DNA of 64,000 nucleotides, taken from the NCBI RefSeq assembly GCF_009914755.1, contig NC_060936.1. One strand, given 5' to 3'. Source of the DNA: the human T2T-CHM13v2.0 reference genome, Homo sapiens. Below the pieces are notes generated by a model. That model had not been told where the DNA came from. It did no database searches and saw only the letters and a program-made list of their open reading frames with translations. Below, one piece after another: positions 34,258-50,643 of the stretch (position 1 is its first letter; each line of letters begins with the position of its first letter). A program made the position numbers and the translations under genes.

Positions 34258-34580
34258 AGCAGAGATCTGCAGACGGCGTGGCCCACTGTCTGTTTTTGTA
34301 CAGCTTCTGAGCTAAGAAGGATTTTTTCCATTTTTGGGTTATTGAATGCAAAAATCAAAAGGAGAATATTTTGTGACACACAAAAGTTATATGATGTTCA
34401 AATGTTAGTATCCATAAATAAAATTTCATTGGGGCTCATTTGAGTCCATATAGCATGTGGCAGCTTTGACATGACAATGTCAGAGCTGGCTAGTATTTTG
34501 ATAGAGTCCAAGGCCATGTGGCCCACAAAGCCAAAAATATTTATCTTGTCCTTTAGATAAAAGGTTTGTGGATGCCTGAT
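34258..34580. mobile_element. MER58-like hAT DNA transposon
   Basis: ggcccacaaagccaaaaatatttatc...tttgtggatgcctg terminus. Confidence 0.65.
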
Positions 34581-34661
34581 GTAAAGGGTTGAATTCCAGT
34601 GGCTGACCCCGATCACTGCGTTTGCTCAAATGCCGTCATGTTAGAGATCTTTCCTGATCAT

Positions 34662-34973
34662 TCTTTTTTTTTTTTTTTTTTTGAGACAGAGTCTCACTCT
34701 GTCGCCCAGGCTGAAGTGCAGTGGTGTGATCTTGGCTCACTGCAACCTCCATCATCTTCTGGGTTAAGTGATTCTCCTGCCTCAGCCTCCTGAGTAGCTG
34801 GGATTACAGGCATGCACCACCATGCCTGGCTAATTTTTCTATTTTTTTTTTTTTTAGTAGAGACGAGGTTTCACCATGTTGGCCAGGCTGGTCTCGAACT
34901 CCTGACCTCAGGTGATCTGCCCACCTCAGCCTCCCAAAGTGCTAGGATTACACATGTGAGCCACTGTGCTGGC
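34662..34973 (-). mobile_element. AluS
   Basis: Alu consensus; TSD TGATCATTCTTT. Confidence 0.92.
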
Positions 34974-35309
34974 TGTGATCATTCTTTAAAGCAGTGTCAC
35001 TTCCTTGTCATTCTCTGCCCCCAATCACCCTTACCATGCTTTGTTTTCCCCATAGCACTTAACACTACCTGTGGTCATCATGAGCATATATGTACCTGGA
35101 CATGTATGTGCACACCTACATTTCTATATCTTGTAGATATAGATTTACATTTACCTATATAGGCATTTAGATAATACTTGTTTTCTGCCTACCCACTGTT
35201 CAGTTTGTTCTATCCCTGAAACAGTGCCCAGCACACAGTATATGTTCAATAAACATATGAGATCTGCATGAGACTGCATTCTGTCCTTCCTCCAAATTTA
35301 TTTGAAGCC

Positions 35310-35763
35310 TGTGATAGTTAATACTGAGTGTCAACTTCATTGGATTGAAGAATGCAAAGTACTGTCCCTGAGTGTGTCCGTGAGGGTGTTGCCAAAGGAC
35401 ACTAACATCTGAGTCAGTGGACTGGGAAAGGCAGACCCACCCTCAATGTGGGTGGGCACAATCTAATTAGCTGCCAGTGCAGCCAGAAGAATAAAAGCAC
35501 CAGAAGAACATAAAAAGACCAGACTGGCTTAGCCTCTGAGCCTACATCTTTCTCCCGTGCTGGATGCTTCCTGCGCTTGAACATTGGACTCCAAGTTCTT
35601 TAGCTTTGGGACTCGGGCTGGCTTCCTTGCTCCTCAGCTTGTAGATGGCCTATTGTGGGACCTCACCTTGTGTTCGTGTGAGTTAATACTCCTTAATAAA
35701 CTCCCCTTTATATATACATCTATTCTATTAATTCTGTCCCTCTAGAGAACCCTGACTAATACA
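35310..35763 (+). mobile_element. MLT2A (probably MLT2A1; HERV-L) solo LTR
   Basis: TGTGATAGTTAATACTGAGTGTCAAC...CCCTGACTAATACA; 5-bp TSD AAGCC; 454 bp. Confidence 0.88.
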
Positions 35764-36105
35764 AAGCCCTAACCTCCATCCCCCACCCCCATGTGATTTT
35801 GTTGGGAGATAGAACTTTTAGGAGATAATGAAGGTTAAACAAGATCATAAGGGTGGGGCCCTAATCTGATAGGATTGGTGGCCTTATATGAAAAGGAAGA
35901 GAGAGCTCTTTCTCTTTGTCTGCCATGTGAGGACACAGAGAAGGCAGATGTCTGCAAGCTGACAAGAAAGCCCTCTCCAGAACCTGACCATGCTGGCACC
36001 ATGATCTTGGACTTCCAACCCCCAGAACTGTGAGCTGTAAATTTCTGTTGTCTAAGCCACCCAGGCAATGGTCCTTTGTGATTAAAACCTGAGCAAACTA
36101 ACACA
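35764..36105 (+). mobile_element. MaLR (MST/MLT1) LTR remainder, host of the MLT2A insertion
   Basis: gggtggggccctaatc; gacttccaacccccagaactgtgag. Confidence 0.75.
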
Positions 36106-36413
36106 AGGTCTAAAAAGTTTCAACACTGTAGAGTTCCTTAAATGCTAAGCCAAGGATGTTGGCCTTGATTTCATAGAGTGAGTGATCTTATCTCAGCTGG
36201 ATTTTAGGAAAGACATGATTGCAAGGATTGCAGGAGGGAGAGGGTCAAGGCAGAGAGACCCATGAGGAGGATGGTGCAATGAGGCCAGGAGTAGCCATGG
36301 GGTTGGAATGCAGCTGCAGGGGCAGCAGGACTGGAAGCAGGGAACTGAAGGTTGGGGGCTCTGGAAGTGGAACTGAGAGTCTCTGAGTAGGAGAGGATCG
36401 GGGCAAAGGATAA

Positions 36414-36739
<326 letters not shown>

Positions 36740-36999
36740 TGGATGGTGGGCTTTTTAGCAGACACTAGGAAGTAAGAAGCAGGTGTGCTGGGCAGTGGAC
36801 AGAGGGAGATTTTTTAGGCAAGAAGACAGAAACTCAGCACCAGAACTCAGAACACCAAGACACAGAGGCCAAGCACCTGCCCTTCCCTAGTAGTGGCTGT
36901 CACTGTCACGAGCCTCACAGTGAAACCAGGACTGACAACTACACCAGGGGAGGCAGGCAGGCGCCTCCAAGACATACAACATCTTAGGAGCTATTATGG

Positions 37000-37516
37000 C
37001 AGCAGTCCTCAACCTTTTTGGCACCAGGGATCGGTTTTGTGGAAGACAATTTTTCCATGGACTGGTGGTCGGGGGCATGTTCAGGATGATTCAAGGGCAT
37101 TACATTGATCGTGTGCACTATTTCTATTATTATTATATTATAATACACAATGAAATCATTACACAACTCACCAGAATGTACAATCAGTGGGAGCACTGAG
37201 CTTGTTTTCTGCAACTAGATGGTCCCATCTGGGGGAGATGGGAGACAGTGACAGATCATCAGGCATTAGATTCTCATAAGCGCAGGCAGCCTAGATCCCT
37301 TGCAGGTGCAGTTCACAGTAGGGTACGAGCTCCTATGAGAATCTAAGGCCACCACTGATCTGACAGGGGGCAGAGCCCAGGCGGTAATGCGAGCGATGGG
37401 GGCAGCTGTAAATACAGATGAAGCTTCACTTGCTCGCCTGCCGCTCACCTCCTGCTGTGCAGCCCAGCTCCTAACAGGCCAGTACTGGTCTGTGGCCTGG
37501 GGTTTGGGGACCCCTG
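37000..37516 (+). mobile_element. MER1A hAT DNA transposon
   Basis: CAG...caacctttttggcaccaggga...ggggacccCTG; 8-bp TSD TATTATGG. Confidence 0.88.
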
Positions 37517-37930
37517 TATTATGGGCTGAACCATGTCCTCCCTCCCCATCCCCATCAAATTCATATGTTGATGTCCTAAACTGCCTCAGAATGTGGCTTT
37601 CTTTGGAGTTAGGGCCTTTACAGAGGAAATCAAGTTAAAAACGAGGTCATCAGCATGGGTCCTGATCCAGTAGGGCTGGTGTCCTTAGAGAAAAGAGAAA
37701 TTTGAAGGCAGATGTGCTCACAGGGAGAGCGCCATGTGAACATGAAGACGGCCACCTACAAGCCAAGGAGGGAGGACTGGGTCAGCTTCTCCCTCCCAGC
37801 CCTCGGAAGGAACCAGCACCGCCAACACCTTGATTTTGTATTTCTGGCCTCCAGAACTGTGAGGCAATCCATTCTGCTGTTTAAGCCACCAGTTGGTGGT
37901 GTTTTATTACAGCAGCCCTAGTAAACTACT
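37517..37930 (+). mobile_element. MLT1-family LTR
   Basis: tatgggctgaa...aaattcatatgttga...ggcctccagaactgtgag. Confidence 0.75.
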
Positions 37931-38407
37931 CTAAGAGCTAAGGCCTAAACTTGTACAAAGCAAGTCGCTTCTTATTCTTATGCTATCGGCACCAGTGACA
38001 GCTCCTCTATTAGAGGCCTGCAGCAACCTGCCCTGTTTGGCTTGTCCTGAAATGAGGGCAGCACACTGGGGCTGAGCTGGGCAGAGGGCCATTCACACCA
38101 TGGGCCAGACGCCACACACTGTGCCCTTTGCTGCAGCCCTGGGCGGCATTGCACCCACCTGTGGGTACCACCTCTCCCGGGCAGCAAGCATAACCTGGTT
38201 ACAAGCTGGGACAGCTCAGGGTCCAGGCCCACAGACTCACAAAACCAGAAGGTACCCACTTATCCGTACAATTAAAAAATTGCTATGTATAGAACTTAAC
38301 CAAGTGTATTTAGTACTTTGGAATATAATTTCCTTTAGTGTATTCAAAGCACTATGTCTAAAGTGATTCGTTCCTTAAGATAACTCCATAGAAACTTGAC
38401 ATTGCTG

Positions 38408-38817
<410 letters not shown>

Positions 38818-40170
38818 TTAAGGATTCAGGGTGATAGTGGAGACCTCTGGAGGACCGAGGGGCATCAAGGCTGAACTTTTTAAGCTTTCTCCAAATTGCA
38901 GTGATATCATAGTATAGCCAGATGTTACTGGACAACTTTCAGCTTGGTCCCATTACCAGACCAGAATGTATATATACACTAGGAATTAATCTTAACATCA
39001 ATCCTGTAATTATCTCGTGGCCTGCCCTATGATACTGCATCGTACTGTGTTTGTTTGTTGAAAGCCTTAACTTGCTAAATGCAAATATTGAAAATGCACA
39101 ACAAGTTTCATGTTTATGTTTTGGCCCTTGTATCTTAGAAAATCCTGGGAACCTCAGGAAATGGAAATAGGCTGGGGCTGTTGACCTGTAAGAGCCTCTG
39201 TTTGGTGGGAGGTTGGTTTTGGCAACTGATACCAATTTACAGAGAGGAAGAAAAATGACTTTGACCCAACTTGCCCTTTTTGGGAAAAGCATTTCAATAT
39301 GGGGTGACGCAGTGAAGGAGCGTGCAGAGTGGTGTCACTGATTGTGAACCACAGTGTCATTGTCAGACCTGGACAACAGTTGGGACAGCCTGCATTGAAT
39401 ATACTCACTCTTAAAACAAACAGTTAGCAAAATATGTGGAAATTCCAGCAGGGCTGAACCCAAACACTAGTCAATTCACGCACCACTTCCTGGCTCCACC
39501 CTGGCTCTGACCACCCAGGACAGCAAGTTTGGTTGCTGGCCTCTTGGCTCAGTGACCTATAAAGACCTGGGAGTCACTGAGCAGGCGATGGCTCAGGTGG
39601 AAGGAAGGAAGATGCCTCTGGGATGGAGAGAGACTGTGTTCAGTATACATCCCTAGAAAGCATCTTGGTGGGGGGTCTGCTGGTTTGAGGGCACCCTGGG
39701 AATGTTGGATCACCCTAAGAAGTGGGGCACTGAAGATGCCTTTGGGAAAATCCAACTTGGGTATCTAGACCAAGGCAAGGGATACCTGACCTAATTGAAG
39801 TAGGGGCAAAAATGAGTTGGACTGCAGCTTAGAACTAGGGATTTGGGGCATCCTCCTACAGAGGGAAATTAATCTCAAAATGCAAGAGGTTTCTCAAATG
39901 CTTCGAGAGAGACTTAGGGAAAGGAGTAATCAAGAAGCACCCTGAGATGTCAGCCTCAAGGGAGCCGATGGACTCTGCCAAAGCCAGCCAAGGCAGCTCT
40001 GTGGGTAACATCTGTGCATGAGTCTATGAAACCCCAAATATCACAATATGATGACTACTGTGTGTATTTCCATCTGTAGTTTGTCTTGAAAGTAGAAGTT
40101 TTCAGAAGTTGAGGTGCATATCAAATGAGAAGAGGGGATGGCTCGGCTGTGAACTGCTCCAGGGCAGTGA

Positions 40171-40485
<315 letters not shown>

Positions 40486-41063
40486 TGAGTAACATTCAGT
40501 AAATGCCTATTTGGTGCCTGACCTGGGCTAGGCCACTGCACATCCATGGGCTCATTGAATCCTCATGGTAACCCATTCTTCAGATCAGAAAATAGAGGCT
40601 GTGAGAGGTGACGTGGCTATCCCCAAATTAATGAAAAACAAGCAATAGAGCTGGGCTTGGAATCCAGGCCCTCAAAGTTCCCCTCTTTCCACTCAAGGCC
40701 CTCCTGCTCTTTTCTCTGTGTGTTTCCACAGCCCGGCCCCCAGGAGGCATAAATCACATCTGTCCCATTGATTTCAATGAGTGACAAAGATGACGATGTG
40801 GTCACAAAGGGGAGGAGATGCAGCCTTGTCATGACTCAATGGGTGGTCACTTTGGGCTTTGGGTCACCTGTTGGCCACAAGGGTTTCATCTGTAAAATGG
40901 GCACAGTGCTTCTTATCTGCCTCAAATTCGCAATATATTATTTAGCCAAATAAGAACAATAGTAACGACCCCAACATTTGTTGAGCATTTATTCTGTGCC
41001 AGGCCCTGTAGAGTGGGCTCAGGGCTCCATGGCCTGGGTTCAAATCCCATCTCCAACACTTAC

Positions 41064-41159
41064 TGGTTATGTGACCCTCGTTGAGCACCAAAACCCTCTG
41101 TGATTCTCAGTTTCCTCATCTGTAAAATGGAGACAATCACAGTATTTCATTGGGTTGAG
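41064..41159 (-). other. NOS1: Candidate MIR-derived alternative exon in intron 3 (96 nt, or 56 nt from an internal acceptor at 41119); possibly the testis exon Tex2
   Basis: CCA|GTAAGT donor; acceptors cccccag and ttttacag; MIR core CCATTTTACAGATGAGGAAACTGAG; testis NOS1 exons are known in intron 3, match recalled but not verified. Confidence 0.55.
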
Positions 41160-41361
41160 CTGGGGGTTCAATGAAGCCATGGACTTAAAGTGCTTAGCAC
41201 AGTACCTGATATTGCTCAATAAATATATTAGGTCCTGTTGTTATGGTTGACATCATTATCTCATACATTATCTCATTTCATCCTCCCCACAACTTGATGA
41301 GCCTATTAGCCCCTATTAGGAAAGGGAGGCTCAGCACAGATGCTATTAATAATTAGTTGTC

Positions 41362-41665
41362 GGCCGGCGCGGTGGCTCACGCCTGTAATCCCAGCACTTT
41401 GGGAGGCCGAGGCGGGCGGATCATGAGGTCAGGAGATCGAGACCATCCTGGCTAACATGGTGAAACCCCATCTCTACTAAAAATACAAAAAATTAGCCGG
41501 GTGAGGTGGCGGGCGCCTGTAGTCCCAGCTACGCGGGAGGCTGAGGCAGGAGAATGGCGTGAACCCCAGGGGGCAGAGCCTGCAGTGAGCCGAGATCGGG
41601 CCACTGCACTCCAGCCTGGGTGAAAGAGCGAGACTCCGTCTCAAAAAAAAAAAAAAAAAAAAAAA
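41362..41665 (+). mobile_element. AluY (CpG-rich, young)
   Basis: AluY diagnostics; TSD AATTAGTTGTC. Confidence 0.93.
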
Positions 41666-41768
41666 TTAGTTGTCTGACCAAGGTCACCAGCTTGGCGCTG
41701 GATTCCTGGCCTCAGTGCTGTGGGCTCATGAGTCCAAGGGTTAAAATGGCTACACACCTGCACCGTGA

Positions 41769-42114
<346 letters not shown>

Positions 42115-42953
42115 TGACATCATTACCGTAAGGCTGATTTAGAAGGCTTCCTGGTGAGCATGCTAGGTTGTCTCCAAGAGGCAGAGCATTTTACTGGTTT
42201 GCCTTCATTCAGACCCAGGCTGGCTGGGGCTGGCTACACCCTTTTGGTTTTCAGCAAGGCCAGCAGTAGCAGGCCAGTTGGTGTCATCCTGGTGACCTTG
42301 GATCCCCTAAAGATTGGGAAAGAAACGGCCCGCAAGCCTGTCCCCCACCTTTCTCATAATTTAGAGCTCTCTAGAGAAGCTGGGGGGTGCTGTCATTTAC
42401 CTGGAAATAGGGAAAATCTTCTCAACAGATTTTGACATTTTGAAAGCAGCTAGCAAGCCCTGCGTCCCCAGGGGTGAGAAAATGCCTTGATCCTCAGGTG
42501 GCTGAGCTTGGGGAGTGGGATTTCGATATAACAGTGATCTCTCTATCTGATCACCTTTACCAGCTAGAGGCTGGAGGGAGGGGCAAGGGCAATGGGAAGG
42601 ATGGAAAAGAGGAGAGAACCCCAAATGAAAACACCACTTCCCAGGTCCGGCCCCGTCCCCACTCGAACCTCGTACTAAGGGTTTGACTGATGCTTAATTG
42701 GTATCTGAAAATAGATGTTCCATCCCCAAACAGGGCACAGTTCTACCCCTTCTCTCTTAGGAAGGCAAACCAGACAGGCAAGGGAAACGATGCTTAATAA
42801 GAAAGGAAGGCAAGAAGGGCTTGATTTGAATCCTGAGTTTGTGCAGGGAGGATGGCCCAACAGCAGGTCCTCATGTTGTTTATCTGGGGTAGCTTTTTAC
42901 TTAAGACGATTATTATAACAGCCTTTAGGATGATGTCAAAACTCAACATGTGT

Positions 42954-43260
<307 letters not shown>

Positions 43261-44227
43261 TTAGCACCAAAGGCAACCTCAGAGAACTAATAATGATCCT
43301 TAGCGAAAAAAATAAAAAGCAACATATCAGCCACAACCATTCCCTTGCCTATAATGCCTTTTTCCATTTTCTTTTAGGCAAACTTCTACCTGAGCTTCAA
43401 AACCCAGACCAGGTGTCACTTCTTGGGGTAAACCTTCCCTGGTATCTACTTGCTGAGGTAATTATGTTCCCAAAGCATTTTGTGCTCCTCTTTATTTCAG
43501 CACTAATTGAATCTTATGTGAGTCTCTCCCCACACACATCCGTGAGGGTCTCAAGGGCAGGGAAGCCTGTGTTTGCTCAGCTTTGCTTCTACCCCAGAAC
43601 TACGCACACGGCAGGTTATCAAGTGAATGGTGACAGATGAACTGATTTGTTCTATCTACTATCCCAGGCCAGATGCAATTTGCAAGGGGGTGGTGAAGAT
43701 GAGGGTCACAAAGTCATACACACAACGCACTCTGTGACTGGGGACTCGTCTCACTGGCCCCACCCACAGTGACCCAGACTGTTGGCAAGAGAAATGACTG
43801 CTAGATAAAGATTAATGCCTCAGCCTCCTGAGATGGACTTAAAAGAAGATGCCTCTAGGGCTGATTTTCTTTGAATCTAGACAAACAAGAGCATCGAAGA
43901 GGGTGGGGATCCCTTCTGGGATTCCCAAGGGGTCAGACCTCACTATTTCCTCCAGGAACTTATAGTCTCCTGTGTTAGGAAGTTCTTCCTCATGTCTAAC
44001 CTGCATTCGTCCTGCTTCAATTGCATTCTATTGCCTTTTGCCCAGTCCTTGGCAGTTGCTTTGCTGCCCTGCCCAGCCATTTCTCAACCCCCACCTATCC
44101 CTTCCTGACTCAGGATTGCAGGTAGTGGCTGGGTTCCTCTTTGTAACATTAACAATGCTAGGCCCCCTGTGGATGCTTAAACAAGCCATAAATGTGGGTT
44201 ACAACTGGAAGGATAGAAGCTGATTCC

Positions 44228-44587
<360 letters not shown>

Positions 44588-44837
44588 TCATCTTTCAGGA
44601 TGGAAAAAAGAACATTGTGTTTTCTATTAATTTGCTCACCCTGGGAAGCATTTCTGAAGCCTGTGCCTATGGAGATGTCTAGCAGGCGGTAATAGGGCTG
44701 TTTCCTTTGCGCTGGAGCTGGGACTCAAATATATCTGAGCGCTAGGGTCTCTGCCTCCTGACAGCTCTATTTCTGAGAGGCATTTGGAAAATTGAATCTC
44801 AGACAACAGAGCCAGGATGATTTCGCAGGCCCGTGAC

Positions 44838-45143
44838 TTTTTTTTTTTTTTTTCCTGAGGCGGAGTCTCACTCTCTTGCCTAGGCTGGAGTGCAGTGGTG
44901 CAGTCTCGGCTCACTGAAACCTCCAACTCCCAGGCTCAAGCAATTCTTGTGCCTCAGCCTCCCGAGTAGCTAGGAGTACAGGTGTGTGCCTCACGCCTGG
45001 GCTCATTCTCGTATTTTTAGTAGAGACGGAGTTTCACCATGTTGGCCACACTGGTTTCGAACTCCCGACCTCAGGTGATCTGCCCACCTCAGCCTCCCAA
45101 AGTGCTGGGATTACAGTCGAGAACCACCTTGCCTGGCCTGGCC
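44838..45143 (-). mobile_element. AluS
   Basis: Alu consensus. Confidence 0.9.
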
Positions 45144-45673
45144 CGTGGTTTTAAATCTTTTTGGGTCAAATCCTACATTAAGGATTTGATGGTGGGCAAA
45201 GACGAACGTAAATCCCAAGCTCTGCTGGTCTATCAGTCATGCTCCCAGGAACTCTCTAGGCTAAAACTGCTCGGCACACTTACTTCACCTTGGAAGATTC
45301 AGTCTTACCCCCTTTCTCCAGCACCCTCAAAGTCCTTCCCTTCTCCAAGCAAACGGAATTTCTATATTAGCAGAGGCCTTAAGGCAAGCTCTCCATATAT
45401 CTTCCTGTCCTTTCATTGTCACATCCTGCAAAGGCTAGCGGTCCTTCTTCCAGCGCTGAGTTTGTGCAGGGAGAATGGCCCAACAGCAGGTAGGTCCTCA
45501 TGTTATTTATCTAGGGTAGCTTTTCACTTAAGATGATGATTACGATAACAGCCTTTGATGATGTCAAAACTCAGCAAGTGTCTCAGGTGTTGTGAGCACC
45601 AAAGACAACCTCAGAGAACTAATAATGATCCTCAGCAAGAAAAAAAAGCAATGTTATCCGCCACAACCACTCC

Positions 45674-45968
45674 TTTTTTTTTTTTTCAGATGGAGTCTCG
45701 CTCTGTCGCCCAGGCTGGAGTGCAGTGGTGTGATCTGAGCTCACTGCAACCTCCACCTCCCAGGTTCAAGCAATTCTCCCACCTCAGCCTCCTGAGTAGC
45801 TGAGATTACAGGTGCCTACCATCATGCCCGGCTAATTTTTGTATTTTTAGTAGAGATGGAGTTTCGCCATGTTGGCCAGGCTGGTCTCAAACTCCTGACC
45901 TCAGGGGATCTTCCCACCCTGGCCTCCCAAAGTGCTGGGATTACAGGCGTGAGCCACCGCGCCTGGCC
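45674..45968 (-). mobile_element. AluS
   Basis: Alu consensus. Confidence 0.92.
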
Positions 45969-46404
45969 CCGCATTCCTTTTACTATAATGCCTGTTTCCT
46001 TTTTGTTTTAGGCAAACACTTATCTGATCTTCAAAACCCTGAGGTCCTGTTCTCAATGTTGAGCTCCACTCCTCAGGCTTGAAGACCAAAGTTATGCTTT
46101 GCAAGTTGGCATTGTCTAACTAAGGTGGGCAGTGTGCAAGGAAATGACCAGTCTGCCATTGCTCAGATTTCTGCATTGACTTTTAGTGTCTTTCTTGCGG
46201 AGTCAAGGCCTCCCCTGCTTCTTCCTTCGAACCGAGATCTCAAGGATTACTGCAGACCGGGAATTACAAATGGATACCTGGAGGTGGTAGGTGGGTAAGC
46301 TAAATCAGTAAGGAAGGCTGGGTAACTTCCAAACAGGACATTTAGTTGCATATTTAAAAAGAAAGACTTTTGTGTGTGTAGAAATGAAGAATGTTGTTAG
46401 GTGC

Positions 46405-47944
46405 TTTTTTTTGTTTTGTTTTTGTTTTGAGACAGGTTCTTGCTCTGTCACCCAGGCTGGAGTGCAGTGGCACTAACAGGGCTCACTGTAGCCTCAACTT
46501 CCCCGGCTCAAGCGATACTCCCGCCTCAACCTCCCAAGTAGCTGGGACTACAGGTGCACGCCACCAGGCCCAGTTAATAGTTTATACTCTCTTTTTTGTA
46601 GAGACGGGGTTTTGCTATGTTGCCCAGGCTGGTCTTAAATTCCTAGGCTCAAGCGATCCACCTGCCTTGGCTTCCTAGAGTGCTGGGATTACAGGTGTGA
46701 GCCACTGTGCCCAGCCAAAAAAATCTTTCTTAAAACATGAACCTCTTGGTCCATCTCTACCTGCCACTTATAAAAATGACATGGGCCCAGGTGCAGTGAC
46801 TCATACCTGTAATCCGAGCACTTTGGGAGGCTGAGGCAGGTGGATCACCTGAGGCCAGGAGTTCGAGACCAGCCTGGCCAAGATGGTGAAACCCCATCTC
46901 CAAAAAATGTAAAAATTACCCGAGTGTGGTGGCACACACCTGTAATTCCAGCTACTCAGGAGGCTGAGGGGGGAGGATTGCTTGAACCCAGGAGGCGGAG
47001 GTTGCAGTGAGCAGAGACAGCACCAGAGACTCTGTCTCACAATAAATAATAATAATAATAATAATAATAGAGACATGGGTACAAAAGGATTTAACTTTCC
47101 TCCTAGTATAAGAAATCAAAAGCACTAATGCTATTATAAATGACAATGGACACTGGCCTTAATAAGAGGGAGACAATAGGGAGTGGTGAGGTTTGTGGCC
47201 AACTAGAAAGCCACATCCTGTCTAGAGGGGGCAGCTGCTATTCAGTCTATGCAGATTGTTGCCCCATAAGAATATGGTTGGCTGCAGTGACTCACACCTA
47301 TAATCCCAGCACTTTGGGAGGCTGAGAAGGGAGGATTGCTTGAACTAGGAGTTCGAGACCAGCCTGGGCAACATAGCAAGATCCCGTTTCTACAAAAAAA
47401 TATAAAAAGTTAGCCAGGTCTAGTGGCACCAGCCTGTAGTCCTAGTTACTCGGGATGCTGCAGTGGGAGGATCTCTTAAGTCTAGGAGATTGAGGTTGCA
47501 GTGAGTAAGCTATGATGGTGCCACTGTACCTTGGCCTGGATGGTGCCACTGTACCTTGGACTGGAAGACAGAGCAAGAACTGTCTCTAAAAAACAACAAA
47601 CAAACAAAAAAAAAACAGCGTATAGGCGCAATGTGGTCAGATTATATAATTTTTTTTTTTTTTTGAGACAGAGTCTTGCTCTGTCGCCCAGGCTGGAGTG
47701 CAGTAGCATGATCTTGGCTGACTGCAACCTCTGCCTCCTGGGTTCAAGCGATTCTCCTGCCTCAGCCTCCTGAGTAGCTGGGATTACAGGCACCCGCCAC
47801 CATGCCCAGCTAATTTTTGTATTTTTAGTAGAGACGGAGTTTCACCATGTTGGTCAGGCTGGTCTTGAACTCTTGACCTCGTGATTTGCCTCCCTCGGCC
47901 TCCCAAAGTGCTGGGATTACAGGTGTGAGCCACCGTGCCTGGCC
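46405..47944. mobile_element. Alu cluster (46405-46716 -, 46784-47068 +, 47275-47615 +, 47650-47944 -)
   Basis: Alu consensus. Confidence 0.9.
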
Positions 47945-48366
47945 ATAGATTATGTAAATTTTAAAGAGAAGCTGTAGATATATTTATGTAAAAATTTGAA
48001 ACATTGGCAATACATTTAAAACATAACTATAAATTATCTCTTAATACAATACGGGGTAGACCTAACAAATCAGGTCTGCAGGCTAGATCTGGCCCGAGGC
48101 TGCCTCTTGCTGTCTTTCTTTCTCTTGTGAGGGCTCATATGATGGCCATACCTCTTTGTTTTGAATTAAGAAAGAAAATATAGAAGAGCTTTAAACCATA
48201 TTTGTTCATTTAATCATGAATGGAGAATAGTTTCCTAATGCTTCAGTGTGGTCTTGACTTTTGAGGACAACATAATAAAAGTCTACAGTTGTGCTTTTCC
48301 ACCAAACATTTCCAGATATCACTGCTAGAGGGACATTCAGCTAGTGGGACCATGGGTCTGACCTAC

Positions 48367-48710
48367 CACAGAATCCCTGATGTCCTTATCTTCCTGGCCA
48401 GCCATCAGCGGCTAAGGAAAGCAGTTACCACCAAGGCTCTAGAATGTCTCATCCTCCCCGCTGAAGCTGTGTAGAGAACTTTGAGGCCTTGTTTAGGTGC
48501 GCTGGCAGTGAAAGCTGCCATCTGTAGGCCAAGCATCAGGAAAATGAAGCCGGTCATCACTTGCTGAGTCACCTAGGCCACCCCCATGTTTCGACCTCCC
48601 ACCGGTCACGCCGACTTCACTGCAATGCAGAGGATGGGTTTGAAATTCACACGATTCCCTAGGGTTGCCCTGGCCTGGCCCATCAGCTTACTGGACAGGT
48701 AAGACAAAGG
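48367..48710 (-). promoter_or_regulatory. Candidate intragenic promoter/alternative first exon in intron 3 (TnNOS-type)
   Basis: Apparently unique, CpG-retaining segment between repeats; perfect ARE/NF-E2 motif at 48562-48572; GTG|GTAGGT donor at 48367/48366. Confidence 0.35.
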
Positions 48711-48769
48711 TGCTGCTGATCTCCAGCCAAACCTAGCCACTCTTTGGAAATGATATTGACTTAGCTGTC

Positions 48770-50215
<1,446 letters not shown>

Positions 50216-50516
50216 CCATGTATCTTTTATATCTTTTAAATTTGGAATCATGTGAATGCCTTTCCCAGAAGAAACAGAATTAAAATGTGAAAAACGGCAA
50301 GCTCACAAACAATACCAAACCACACAAAAACAAAGTCGAGATCCACATCCGAGGATAAGCACTCCTGACCTCGGCCTCCCAAGCTCTCCAGCCACGGCGG
50401 CTGATTTCCATCATGACACAGTTTAGGATTTAGCTTCCCTCCCCTCAGCTTCCCACCTGGGAGGGGGTCGAGAAGGCGTGGGAAGCAGTGGTACCAGCTT
50501 GGCATCAAGCACTTAC

Positions 50517-50643
50517 CTGCTCCTTCTCTGAATATGGGTTGTTGAGGACGACAGGCACATTGCCCTTCCCCCATAGGTCATTGAAGACTCGGTCGTTCTC
50601 CACGCCGAGGGGCAGAGGTTTGTGTGACTTGCCGTCCAAATCT
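50517..50643 (-). CDS. NOS1: NOS1 exon 3 (127 nt): (R)DLDGKSHKPLPLGVENDRVFNDLWGKGNVPVVLNNPYSEKEQ
   Basis: tttcag acceptor, CAG|GTAAGT donor; nNOS-specific N-terminal linker. Confidence 0.97.

Noticed and set aside
45309-45404. Another 96-nt AG...GT interval in intron 3
   Set aside because: The acceptor lacks a polypyrimidine tract; length match is coincidental.
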